Assembly (NCBI GenBank): GCA_002256025.1
Contig: NKIB01012180.1
Location: forward strand, 1 to 64,000
Reading direction: 5' to 3'
From: Asterionella formosa
Taxonomy: Eukaryota
Length of the DNA: 64,000 bases
Program-made: the position numbers and the translations under genes
Part shown: in pieces, positions 1 through 12,800 of the stretch
Position numbering within the stretch: position 1 is the first letter of the stretch
How the letters are laid out: each line of letters opens with the position of its first letter
Notes under the pieces: model-generated
Database searches by the model: none
What the model was told of the DNA's origin: nothing
What the model saw: only the letters and a program-made list of their open reading frames with translations

Positions 1-864
1 TTCCCGGTACCACAAACAAGACAAGCCATACTTACCCGCTTGGGAGAGACCTCACACCGAGGAGACCAGCAGGCGCCAGCAGAAGAGATCAAAACTGCTG
101 TGGTTCTTGCTGCGAGTCCAATCCCCCCTATTCTCCCCCCTTGGCCTGGAGTTGACAATTGTGCTGGCACATAAGGGGGAAATTGAAATTCCAGCCGCAC
201 TGCCTTGCATGCTTCGGGCAAGGAAGAATATGAAGGGTGGCTGGCTGAGAGGAGAAATATGAAGGAAGCGACGAAACAAGGAGGCGGAAGCGGAAGCGGA
301 GCAAGGTGGAGGCAAAGGTGGAGAAGCAAACAAGCAATCAAACAAAAAATTCTCGCTTGGTGGCTGACATCTGTCATAGTAGTAATACCAAACCAGTAGC
401 CTGATGTAAGCAGAACACTAATTAGTGATGAACGTAAATAATCCCTATATAAATCTATATCAAACCATCATCAAAACGAATGAAAGTAAGATTATTGACA
501 CAAAAACTGAAATAATATTTGAGTTAAAAGGCAAATGCATTATTATTTAAGGTTTAAAAAATGAAAACAATGAATAATAAATGGGTAGATGATGCAACGG
601 ACAAATAATATTGTCGCAGGAAAAAGCTTTAGAGTGAACAACAGGGTAATCGAAACCAGAATTTGAATATAAAATTTTCTTCAGGTACGTAGTAAAAAAT
701 ATGTATTGATAGTCATACAAAAAGACCATAATCATCAACTTTAAAAACTTCATATCTCTTGAATTATGAAGCTTTGTTACTAATTAAACAGACCTATTGA
801 AAGCGGAGAGCCTGTTCTACATTTAGCTACGTACTTGATTTGTTGTCACCATGAAATTTGACTA

Positions 865-921
865 AAATAGTTTGAGTCGAAACATGGGGTAAACTTTATA
901 TGACTCTCAGTTTTTAGGTGG
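865..921. mobile_element. Terminus of a TA-flanked DNA transposon (...CTCTCAGTTTTTAGGTGG|TA)
   Basis: Inverted match (17/18) to 1113-1130. Similarity continues outward (CCATGTTTCGACTCAAA vs CCATCTTTCGACTAAAA), so the true ends face the central spacer. Confidence 0.6.
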
Positions 922-1112
922 TACCAGGTACACCCAGGTACCCTGGAACCGGTAGCGGTACCAGGTAGTACTTGCGATGTAGAAATCCAGTTTTGTTCGC
1001 TTGGTACCTGGTAGTAAAACCCGTCTTTTGCCGCAACTTGTTCCAGGGAAGCAGAGTTGCTGAAACAAGTAGAGTGGAGGGATGCCCATCAGTACGTACC
1101 TGGTACCAGACA

Positions 1113-2400
1113 CCACCTAGAAACTGAGAGCCAACGCTTGGTTCCTCCATCTTTCGACTAAAATTATCGAAGCTCCTTAGCTATATATCAAAATTCAAAG
1201 CAAGTATGAACTTTATTGTAGGCAATAGCATGTGATTAATATCAAAGCCATATAATGTCACCTATTTTGACTCGTTATGATGTCTTTCAGTGCATATATT
1301 TTAATCAGTACATGAAGGATTTTCCCCCAACCTGTCAATTGTTGCTATTTCATTCATCCCTGGTCCCTGGGTTGTGCATATCAGAATACCAGTGTGTTCT
1401 TCTAATAATTTACTTAACGTGCATTACACATTGATCAATTCAACTTTTGAATCTGCTGTCAGGTATTCCCTTGCACCAAAATGATGCTTGCACTCAATCA
1501 AACAGCATTTGGTGGTGGCTGTAATAGCAGCAGCAACAACAACAAGAGGGAACAAAGGCACAACAAGCAGGAATTGTGGCTACTGGTTGCCTCACTGATT
1601 GGATTCCATAAATCTGGAAAGTAGCCCTGATGTTGCTTGTTTGTGGCGATTGTAAGTCGCCTTGGCGCCTATACCGTTGCACCATTAATCTTGAATCTGC
1701 CACAGAAATCTGCCTATCTGTTTTGTTTTCTTCCTTCAAAGCCAGCAGATTCATTTCAAGGGTCGCAACCTCCAGTGACTTTTTTACTTCCTTTGCATGT
1801 ATCACATCATTTTGCCTTTTCTTGCGTTCCTGGGTAGCACCCAGAATATCTGACGAAACTGTTAACATTTTCCTTTTTTGCTTTGATAATGAAGGCAAGT
1901 GTTCCTTTTGGCATGATTTTGTTCTTTATAGTCATGTTGCTGGCAAGTATTTCTTGTTTAACTTTCATGACTGCTTCTGTTCCTTCTTTTAATGTATCTT
2001 TCACCCTGAATTTTTTTAACTACAGCAGAAATAGTGGCACCCTTTAGTCGTCCTCCAACAGTTGGGCTCATTAAAGTAACGCAAGCTAATTGACGAGTTC
2101 CAAGCACAATCATTATTGGTTAGTATGTAAATTGCTACAACAGTGCTTAAATCATTATGCTCGTATCAAGCTACTCGTGCTCCAAGAAGATGGTTTGCTC
2201 AACAGGATCATCAGTCAGCAAGTCCTAGTCCTATTCTGCAAATCCGAGTCATGTTCAATGACTGTATCGCGTCTGCAAATTGTCATCAGTCCATAGCAGT
2301 AAACGTTTACTACACTACTTAACGGAATATTTGAAATCGATACTAAATTTCCTAAAGAAACAATTTTGGAATTGAAAGCTGGCCTATCTCACCTGGTAGG
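1113..2400 (-). mobile_element. Decayed, internally deleted DNA transposon starting CCACCTAGAAACTGAGAG
   Basis: Terminus as above. Frameshifted minus-strand coding fragments at ~1630-2070 (GGRLKGATI..., MPKGTLAFII..., LMVQRYRRQGDLQSP). Distal end not located, so the end coordinate is approximate. Confidence 0.4.
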
Positions 2401-2761
2401 CATGAAATGAATCATTGGGAGTGAGTTAAAACTGAAAATGCACACATAAAACGTGTGTTACTGGACCTTCCTGGAAATAATACCCCGATGCCCTGGGCTC
2501 AACTCGTTTGGGAATCTATAACTTCACTACCGGTAAAGGTAGGATAAACAGTAGAAATTGGGAAATCAAGCTCAGAGGCTATATTCACTACTCAGACGCC
2601 ACAAAGTAATCATCCAATATACTTAGTAAGGGTGTACCTTCTCAAAAGTATTCTTCGAAGTGCGACTCAACACTGAATGGGGCGAATAGTTATTTTTGGA
2701 AGTGAATAGTGGCCCTACTTTTCTTATAGAAATTTTAAAAATAGATTATTTTGTCTGAATT

Positions 2762-4132
2762 TCATCGTGGTGGAGGCGCCCGGATTTTGCTCACTGAAAT
2801 AGCGATGTCATCCCGGTATCGTCCGTCTTTTGCTCTTTGCCAGCCCATTGCCGCTATAGAAATCAGCTTCTCGCAAGCTGAGAGAAGGTGAATTCCGTCG
2901 GCTTCGAAAAGAGAGGGTGCTAATTCGTCTACAATAGTTTGGGCATCGACAAAGTCCATCATGCCATCTGTAGCTGAAATAGCGAAGATGTGAATGTCAT
3001 CGTCCTTGGCTTGGTCGCATTCCGAGGAAGTAATTTCACCAATATCATCAAATGCTACGCTTTGAATATCTTGAGCCATTTGATTCTGGATCAGCTCAGG
3101 AATATCAATCACGTCTACCAACGGGTCTGGTATCACTCCCAGCCTTCCCGCATCCCAGTCTCCGATACTTCGACTCATAGCCAGGCCATACTGATTTCTA
3201 GTTTCTGGGTCAATGTACAAGACTCGAGACGTTGCACCAGGCCGACTAGGAATGTATACTTTTCCTCCCATGGCTTCGACTCGCTTTCGTTCATCGGGAA
3301 GATGCGGTTTGTCTTCGCGACTCATGTAGACTACTTCGGTCTTGTGGGTTGATTTGTGGTATACTGCGATAAAGGACCGAGAATCGCCTGCATTGGCAAT
3401 GTATAACTTGGGACCATTCTGAAGTATAACCGATGCTGTGCACCCTCCTGATATTTCCGCGGGTGCCGTTCTATCGATTTCAACAAAGGTATCAATCAGA
3501 GCTCGTTTCGTCAATTCGATCTCCATGCCTTCCGATAGACCAGCTACTAGGTTTATTTCCTCAAGCTTGGCTGCTAATCGTTTCGGCAGCTCAGAAACAC
3601 TGTATTGCGATACGTTCTCACCAAGCTCGGAATGGCCGTCAAATACACCCAGTAGGCGCCTTGTCGATAAATCATCTGAGGTGTCGCAAACGTCAGCTGT
3701 TTCAGTCACAAAGAATGGTGACACGACAAAGGATCTATCCTGGTTGATTTGCTCAGGTCCACCTTTGAAACCAATCAACGTCAATGTCGCCATGTCACTA
3801 TTCCCGGATGATTCCAGAAGGCCCAGTGATTTGGGGGCTTCTTCTTCAATCTCCTTCTTTGACTGGGAACGAATTTGTATCAGTGCCTGTTGAACGGATT
3901 CGTTGTAGAAGATGTCTTGCGGAAGCAAAGGGCACCCATACGACGGGCAGTCCTCTTTTCGTTTTGATGAATTAGCCATGGCCATGTCAGCCGAAGTCAC
4001 CATTGGGCTGATCGTTGCTAGAGTGGCCACAGCAAACAACAAGGGAACATGATGTGGCCGTATCCTGAGCCGATTATGCATCGTTGAGTGAATGCGAGGC
4101 ACTGCAAATCTCCACATTACAAAGATAGACAT
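2762..4132 (-). CDS. PP2C (PPM) family protein phosphatase with N-terminal hydrophobic signal-like segment
   Basis: Intronless ORF with PPM motifs INQDR, GVFDGH, GCTA, ANAGDSR, LAMSRSIGD, SATDG, YRDDI. Real start may be the downstream ATG at 4081. Confidence 0.92.
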   Translation of the reverse strand: MSIFVMWRFAVPRIHSTMHNRLRIRPHHVPLLFAVATLATISPMVTSADMAMANSSKRKEDCPSYGCPLLPQDIFYNESVQQALIQIRSQSKKEIEEEAPKSLGLLESSGNSDMATLTLIGFKGGPEQINQDRSFVVSPFFVTETADVCDTSDDLSTRRLLGVFDGHSELGENVSQYSVSELPKRLAAKLEEINLVAGLSEGMEIELTKRALIDTFVEIDRTAPAEISGGCTASVILQNGPKLYIANAGDSRSFIAVYHKSTHKTEVVYMSREDKPHLPDERKRVEAMGGKVYIPSRPGATSRVLYIDPETRNQYGLAMSRSIGDWDAGRLGVIPDPLVDVIDIPELIQNQMAQDIQSVAFDDIGEITSSECDQAKDDDIHIFAISATDGMMDFVDAQTIVDELAPSLFEADGIHLLSACEKLISIAAMGWQRAKDGRYRDDIAISVSKIRAPPPR

Positions 4133-5275
4133 TACGTGCGCCGGCAGGCAAGCAGATATGTTTGACTCTGTCCGATCATTCGACGTCTTGTTGCTGTGCT
4201 CGATCTCTTTTCCCGTCGCCGTTCAACATCCTGTGTCTCGGACTTCAGTACCGGTAGGCGAAGAAGGAAGCAATTCATGTATGTATATTTTGCATGAATC
4301 CACGATAGGAGCCCAGAACCCAATTTGGACCCATTTAGACCCATTTAGACCCAAGTTCTTCTTTCCTCCATGCACGCCAATCTTTAATATTGCTCGGAAA
4401 TTCGCATTCGGAAACTTAACTAGATTTTCCGAGGAATTCGATTATGGCAGTGAAATTCCGATGCCAAAAATGGGCAATTTCATACCACGTTGATTTTCAT
4501 TTTGGAGTTTGTTAAAAGCATTTCGGAAAAAGTCGTTAATGCCCGTCTAGAATTCCATCAGATGGGTAGATTGACAATGATGAACATTGCTTTTTTTTGC
4601 TTGTTTACTGCTGCCTCAAGAGAGCTTTCCATTGATGTTTCAGTTGATGATGACATTGCATTTTCAACAAACAACCTTTTTGATCCTTTCTTTCTATTCC
4701 TGATCTAATAACATTCTGGCCCCACACCAATGGATAAATTGACACAGCTGTGTGTTGCTTCTACAGCTGACAGCATCAACACAGGTATGTATTATTGGTG
4801 CTCCAATATTATTCATCTATTTGCTGTTGTCATTTATGTTAACATAATTTGCTCACATGATATTTTTGACAGCCTCTCCAGGAATCAATGGGTGTCCTTG
4901 CTAATCAAGCAAAGCTTGCAGCCCAAATTGAAGCATGCAAATATGCTTGTCAATGACAGATAAAAGAAGTTCAAAACACTTTTCGCCTTATAAAACATCT
5001 ATTTTGAGTTTGGTGTGTCCATTTTATCTTGCAAAGTGACCAACATGGAGGATATCAGCCAGCAAGTGAAATAGTAAAAGAGTTCCACTTGAGAGTGTAT
5101 CATTTCTTGAAGAATTTCCAGTAACAGCAACAGCAATTAAACATCTTTCATCAATATTGGCATCATTGCTGATGTCAAACACTCTTCTCATGAACAAACC
5201 TCGTCTGAAATAAACGAGGATAATTCTTCTACTTGTAGTGTTTATGCATCGTCATTGTAATGTAAAATATAATAA

Positions 5276-5610
5276 AAAGAGTAATATTTTATAGCCCATT
5301 CCGTACTCCCCTTTTTCTAGACAAGTCTTTCAGTTTGCTACCTGCCAACAAGACCTGTGCTTCTCTACTTTTGTTCTCTTAGGTGAGTCCCAAGCAGCCT
5401 TTCGCGAAAGGTGATCATCTTAGCCACAGCGTTAGGGGAAACTCCGACTACATACTAGGAAGGCGGCACAGCAAACTGCTAGGCAAGAACGTGTGGAACA
5501 GAAAGGAGTGTGAGAGTTGAAACCAACAATTTCTTTTCATAAAAATTGCGGGAATCGAACTACACTACATCAGATCAAAGGCAATGTGCTAAACCACTAA
5601 GTCATTCCTT
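5276..5610 (-). mobile_element. tRNA-headed SINE-like insertion, copy 1 (degenerate)
   Basis: Minus strand 5610-5541 has A-box-like TGACTTAGTGG and B-box GTTCGATTCC. Imperfect direct repeats AATGTAAAATATAATAA (~5259-5275) and AATGTAGTATAATAA (~5611-5625) flank it. Confidence 0.5.
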
Positions 5611-8011
5611 AATGTAGTATAATAACGTATTAGTGATACATATATATAACTAAATTATTATTTTTGATTCGCTTTAGACAATTTCTTTTCTTTGAAAATA
5701 GAAGGCAAGAGTTGGAGCCTTCTCCTTGACCTGTTCTTTAGTGAGCAGAGCAGCAGGACAGAAAAGCCAAAAGAAATGAAGATAAACATTTACGAAATCA
5801 GCCGATTCAGAAAACACAATCCACTTTTCTGTTTCAAGATCATCCACTCATCAACAAAGCCATGAACGAAAATCCATTTCTTTTCCTGTTTATTCCAGTT
5901 ATTTTGTCATGTGAATCAAAAGCAACGTACATCCCTTGCCAGAGCTTACATTGTTTCTAAACAAAGGATACGCACAACAATCATATGAAATTTGTTCCTT
6001 CCTGCTGTCACTTTGTTTTCTGGTATTAGCTTCATTGGAATAATCCCTGCATGTGCAATCGAAATGTTGTAGGGGACCCAAAATCTGCCTACTACATCGA
6101 AACTTCACCAAGTCTTGACTCTGGGTTCATATGCTACCTGTATATGTTCTGTCGACGCACTTGTCGGCCTTGAAAATCTATTGGTTAGAGGAAAAAGAAA
6201 CTCTTATGATGTTTCAGGACCAAGCTGACAACTTGCCCTATTCTTTGTCTTTTTGAAACCATTCCAATTCTTCACCTTCTGAGATTTCCTCAGCAATAAA
6301 ATCCAGCACAATAATTCAGAAAGTATCTTGCCAAGGATCAAAAGAAAAACATCATTCTGGAAGGACAAGGAGGTCATGGTGGATTGATCGACTGATGATT
6401 GCAATTTTAGGGACGAGGTATATATCTTAAAATACTGGTTGTGACAAGAACTTATCATGCTGGTATTTACATATACGTTTTGTCCTGAAGACAAAAATTA
6501 TCGCTGTTATTCTATCTAGTGCTTTAGTGAAAATCAATGTTACCAAACGTGATTGAATTTTCCTTTTCCAAAGAAAATCGTCTGCGCCCCGAAAATCGTC
6601 GAGTTTCTGGTCATGACAGAATATATTTTCGATTTACCGAAATTTCGAGCCCGAAAAACTCAAGTTTCCGAAGTGGTAGGTAACCATTTTGGATTAAAAG
6701 TTACATGAAATTTGAGTATTCACGAGTTAGTTTCTGGAGAGGTGATCATTGGCCTTTTCTCAGAACAAATCCAAATGGGTATCATCTCCAAATTTGTAGA
6801 TTTTATAACACTTTGAGACCCGATCTTATATGATATGATTAACCTTGCTTCATGTATATAGTCATTTAGCTTCCAAACAAAACAAATTTTGATTTGAAAT
6901 ACCAATTTAGAATCTTAAGTGCTGTATATTAACAAGGAGCACTGGACTTGTGCGAAAAGGGTTTTTCTCCGGTATGTCGTCGGGTATGGACACAAGTAGA
7001 ATGCAGTCAGTCGGTACATTGCAAAGAATCGTTTTACCTTTATCACGCAGTGAGTGCTAGCTGGGTAAAATAAGCAGTTTCTATTCAACAAAACCTCATT
7101 CCAATGACAAGTTAAAACGAAGTAAGACAACGACGAAGGCCTGGTCGTGGTGCCACCACTCCAAAGAAAAAGTATCAAGCATCAGTGAAAGTTTGCATTA
7201 TGTAATGCCTGCTTTTAATGCAACATAAGAAATCTTAATGTCCACAACAAGCAGGCTAGATATACTTAAATGAGATTATAACCATGATTCAAATATTATA
7301 GTTATAAAACTATATTATATATTGAGCTACTTGTCTACTACCAATTTGGCAATATTGAATTGCTACCGATTTTGAGCTACAAAATTAGATAGGTTACAAA
7401 TTGCTTACTTGATTTCAAGAGGATCTACCGAATAGTGCTAAAAATTGGTATCAAATGTGGGGACCAAATTTATATCTTGATAGTACCTAACTCGAAAGAA
7501 CGATAATTTTTTATCTGCTGCGTTGCTGTTTATGCTTTAACTACTAGTCATCTGTATTTTATGATTGATGCATTTGCGTTATTTGTTCCTACTACCCTTC
7601 AATCCAACGACTTGTATTCCATTGAACACATTTAATCCTAAGCATAGCAACCGAAACAAGATCAAGTATTGATTCAAGTTAAAGTATAGAAAATAACTTC
7701 CTACGGCACTGATTCTAATAGAACAGGGGAATGATAGAATGAATGAGCCGAATTTTGGAACATACATTCAGCATCCTCCTTAATTGTGCATAACATGCTA
7801 AATTCTCGAAAATTCATGTTTCATTTTTTCTGAAAGCGATATGATGGGCAACTAAGTTTCAATGATTTGAACATGAACGACTGCACATCAATAGGGTATG
7901 GACCACATGGACCAGTCCTGGTGATGGAGGGACACTTTGCCCTGGTATGCCTTCTACGTGAATATCATGTAGGCCAATGATTGTTAGAAGAATATTTAGT
8001 TTTATCTTGAC

Positions 8012-8565
8012 TTTCTTCTATAGTCGGATATTTCAACTTTTCATGAAAACCTCCTTTGATAGTTACTTAACTTCCAATGTTGGTGGTACCTGGTATCATC
8101 ATGGTCACTTGAAAGCCGGTTTGTTGCCAGCCAGAGATTGAAAGAATCATGATTGTTGTTGATAATGATAACAATCAAGCTACCACTGTTGTGAATTAAG
8201 TAGCAGCAGAGGGTGCATCGATGATTAACTCTGTAAGTATAAATTTGATAATTCAATTTCCATGAACATAAATAGTAAAGAAGCAATAGTTACAAAGGAA
8301 GTTCTTTTCTTCTATAGTCGAATATTTAAACTTATCATGACACCCTCCTTTGATAGCTGAACCTCCAATGTTGGTGGTACCTCCTGGTACCATCATGGTG
8401 ACTTGAAAGCCGGTTTGTTGCAGCAGATTGATAGGTCCATCATGTTTGCTATTACTAATCATGATAACAATCAAGCTACTGGTGTTGTGAATCAAGGAGC
8501 AGCAGATGCATTGATGATTGACTCTATAAAGTCTAAAAAGATTTAATTCGATATCTACGAACATA
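8012..8565. repeat. Diverged tandem duplication, two ~260-bp copies with ~295-bp period
   Basis: TTCTTCTATAGTCG...CCTCCTTTGATAG...CCAATGTTGGTGGTACCT...ACTTGAAAGCCGGTTTGTTGC...ATGATAACAATCAAGCTAC...GAACATA occurs at ~8012-8270 and ~8305-8565. Confidence 0.9.
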
Positions 8566-10539
8566 TACTGTATACATTACAGAGTTTGTCCTCCTAGCTA
8601 CAAACGAATCGTGAAATCAGAAGATTGTTGGGCATGACCAATTCATGGGACACTCATATTCTCTTCCACGTGTATCCACCTACACCGGACAACCTCCTTC
8701 CCATAAAGAAATCACAAATCGCTTGAGTTCGCTTAAGTTCGCTTGAGTGCCTGAACATGTTGATGACTCAAAGATCATCACAAAAAACCAGGACTCCATT
8801 TTCGAAAATTATTTCCTCATCAGGCCTTCTAGGAGCTATATGTCTTCAAATTGAAAAGTTCAAGTTCATTTTGCGATTCCATTTGGAGAAGTTCTTCAAA
8901 TGGAATCGCAAACTGCGCCTACTTCTTCAAGAAGTTTATGAAAGAAGAGGGATCATTAGAGGACATGAAATCAATGACAATGAGCAAACGGAGGCGCCAA
9001 AGATCGTGACAACTTTGACACCAGACAGAATGGTGGACTTACCTTGTCGTTCACCATCTCTGCCTTTCTGACAAGATACTCTTGGAATTGTAAGTTCTTC
9101 GGGGAGAATAAAGCAATCTCACCCTATCTTCGTTAGATGTTGGGCTCATTCAAGGGTCCTGAACTTTAATCCCTAGCACGAAATTGATTCATGGTAAAAA
9201 CAACACTTTTCAAGAGTATAATAAACTGCTATATATAACTCTATACAGAGGAGCGTTCACCATTTTATACGCTTTCTTCATGCTGAGATATAGTCATTGG
9301 TAATAGTAAGTCAACTCTAGCTATTTAATGTCAGCATATAGGATCTGGAGTGAAAGTGCAGAATGGAACATCGGGCTTTTTACTTTGCCAAAAATGCAAG
9401 AAAATTTGGGCCCAAACAGTTTCAGTTTACTTGGTGTAGTAAAGAACCAAGTTCCTTTCAACACTTTTTCACCTGAAGTTATATGATGATGCTAATTGAA
9501 GGGTTCCTATGTATTTATTCGCCTTCAAACCCCAGCAGTGTTGAGCAATCACCATCCGAAAATTCGACAAAATCTGTCTTTCAAACCTCCAAAATATGGA
9601 AATCAAGCAAGTTTCCACATGCCGAAACGTCCTCTTTGATTGCTTCGTTTTTTCTCTTGCAGCGCCTCACAGGTTGATTGCAGTGCTTAGTCAGCCAGTC
9701 GCCAGGCGCTGAGAGAATTGTGCACTGTGTCCCCGATGTGACAATCAACCTGAGTAGTAACTTTCCAACAGTGAGTGATGACAAGTAGACCGGATATTGA
9801 AACACAATTTTTTCACCAGAATCTCACTAAATTTTTCCATTTCCGTACCTCCTTGTTCGTGCGGAAGCAGCTATAAAGAAAATACGAGAATGGGTTGGTT
9901 TGCAAGAGAACTGGTGTAATGAAAGTTTAAGAACTATCCTTCAAGGCAGGCATAGGCAATCAGACAAGGAACCAATCGGCGTCACTTTCAAGCAAAGCTA
10001 CAATCAAGAACTGAGCAGTAGGTACATGGGAAGCAACAAACAGGTTGTTCAATGGAGAGGTGTAGTGATGGAGGTGTGAAAAATTGCGATTTGCAGATTG
10101 ATTCTTGTTTGGAGATCAATTTTTTGAAATTCCATTGCATGCAAATTGCCTACAGATCTGTCAGATCGTCAAAGTGCCTCAAAGCATATGATAGTATCTA
10201 ATCATTAATTTTATAGTTTGTTATCATTATGCCTGTTCATTAGTTCACCAATGCAACCAAAAGCTCCACCAATGTTGATCAGCTGGTTGATTTAAGATTG
10301 CCAGTGGTTTTCTCATGCTTTTTGCTCCAGGGGTATAATAATGGCCGATTTTTCCAAAGTAAGAAAGGAGTAACATAAAGTATTATAGTTTTTTGTGGAG
10401 AGGCTTAACCAAAACTTCGGAAAAACTCGAAAAATATGCTAAAACATCCCGGAAAATACAAACTTTTGACTACGGCGAAAGTTGCATGTGGACAATCGGA
10501 ATTTCGATGGAAAGCAGTCCTCCAACCACAAGCTATTAA

Positions 10540-11688
10540 GGTTGCGGCCCCGGCTTAACCCTAGTTTGGAGAAAATATCGCTAGGGTTGTAAAAACGCCG
10601 TGTTACTATGAATTCCTATGATTCGAGTGTCCATTTGAATATTTGAATTAAACAGGAATCGGCGCCAGATTGATAGAGTTCCATTTTAAACAAACAAAAA
10701 TGATATTTAAACGTTTATACTATATCAACATTGCTGAATGTAGACATCATTCTGCTTAACGCAAAAACACATGTATAAATCAGGAGTACGCCAACATGTA
10801 CGCTCATCGTTCGTGTTTATACGTTATATTGAATCTACGCTGCTGTGTGTAGGCATACATAATAAGAATCAGTACTGTACCAGGTACCAGGTACCGAAGC
10901 ACGAGAGTACCCTGGCACCTGTGTACCGGTAGTACATTAACTCGGTTCATGACGATGGAAGACAGGATGAAGTACCGGTGTACCGGTACTGATTTTACCT
11001 GCTTGAACACAGTACATCCAATACATGTGGTTCAAGTGTGGCTGGCGTTTTTTACAAGACCGGAATTTTTCAGCCAATCTGGAGCAGGTGAGTAAATTCA
11101 TTTCAACCAATCAGAATATGTGTAGTGATGCGGCAACGTACCCTGGAGTCTTGTCGGACTGAGAGTTAAGCAGCAAAACATAACTACGCAAGATTCTAAG
11201 TCTACGAGAACGTTTTGCACATACAAATTCCGATTCCAATATTTTGGCGACTGTTGAAAAAGCCGATCGGGTCGACTTTTTGGAGGAGGATTGCTCTACA
11301 TCTGCGGGGTTTCATGAAGAATAAAGTAGATAGCCGTGTACCCTATTACGTCAGGAGTTAACTTCTGGAGAGAAACTGCAGTTATGTATCTTAGTTTTTT
11401 AGAAAAGCTTGATAACCCCTTTTTTGACTATTTTTGCGATAGTTACGGTTCGACGATACATAACTGGAGTTTCTTTCCAGAAATAAGGATACAGTATCCG
11501 AGGATAGAACATACCCCTTAATCTACCCATGACTGTATCTAAGCATGTGCAAAGTGGTCGTATTGGTGAAAGCTAATTTTATCTTTAACTATTTTATTTA
11601 CTTGTACGTATTGTGTGGATTAAGGTACATCATTGAATTATTTTGGGAAAAAACGGACCTCGCAATGTGCAACTGCGGGGCCGCAACC
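10540..11688. mobile_element. Non-autonomous TTAA-targeting DNA transposon, Kolobok-like
   Basis: Perfect 13-bp TIR GGTTGCGGCCCCG / CGGGGCCGCAACC with TTAA on both sides (10536-10539, 11689-11692). GG termini fit Kolobok rather than piggyBac (CC). No transposase ORF. Confidence 0.8.
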
Positions 11689-12800
11689 TTAAGAGACATA
11701 CCGGAAGGTCAGCGTACGACAACACACAACACTTATGAGAAGCGAAACTCCCTCTTCATCAGGAGATAATGAACATCACGATGAAGTTCCATGAAAATAC
11801 AACGATTCAATTTATCCTGGTACTAGGTACCTGGAAGCTGGTAGCTGGTAAATCATGTACCTAAGATACCTGTAGTCTACTTGTTCTCGTTCTTTATGTT
11901 TGTCGATATCATCACAGCAGCCTTCAGATGACATTTCTTAATTTTCTCGTGTCATATTTATCGAATACCTAAACAATCTGTCGTCGATGATCAAACTCAA
12001 TTGAGAATCAGAAAGAATGAATTCGTCAATCAATTATCTCGATTCTGATTGGCCTAACATGCGAACAACGCAAGGTTCTGCGAACAAGAATGACTAGCTG
12101 CGACAAATACCTGCAATGAAGAACATCTGTTCCCTGTATTTGGCATTTTCCGGGTTGTTTCATATTTTGCTTGCGTTGATGATTTGTTCTCTAAACTAAG
12201 TTCGCCAAGTAATGTTCCCTGATCACACTCCAAAAACGCATAAATGAATAAGAACAGAGTTTAAAGTTAAGTACGCGTGCTGACCACGGATTTCCTTCGA
12301 ATTTAATAGCTCATCGATTCATATACAACGAAACAAGGAATCCTTCAATTGGATTACACTAATGTGTCTGAAAGTTTCTAATGACACCGCTCAATCTCTG
12401 TATAAGATATCTACAGCAGCTGTCGGCTTACATACGAAATACGCACTTTAGGAGAATGTCTGCCACGGCAGAAGCATCGAAGATGCGTTTTGTTTGCGTG
12501 GTACCGTAACGGCCGCGTATTTATTAGTGGTACAAGGCACCCTGGTACCGGGGGGTACCTGGTACCGTCGTCTCATGCAATACACGTATTGCTCGTGAAT
12601 ACCGTCTGTTCTTCAGAGAAGTCGACTTTGATTTGGTTGTATACACCAGTATATCTAATTTCGACCAGACAATGCAAGACCCACGGTGTCGAGGTGATAC
12701 GAAAAAACATATCTCTTCATATTGTGTTGCAAACATATCCCGCACAATAAATAATAAGTCAAAGTTAGGAACGAAAAAACAACGAATACCTACTGAAATA

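Noticed and set aside
904..1130. A single 227-bp MITE
   Set aside because: No target duplication at 904/1130, and similarity extends outward, indicating two separate element ends.
5380..5460. Twister, hammerhead or HDV-like ribozyme (GTCCCAAGC, GGCTAAG)
   Set aside because: Isolated loop motifs only; the required helices and conserved junctions could not be built.
4380..6680. TTCGGAAACTT (~4407) / AAGTTTCCGAA (~6662) as TIRs of one element
   Set aside because: Only 11 bp, with no definable termini or target duplication.
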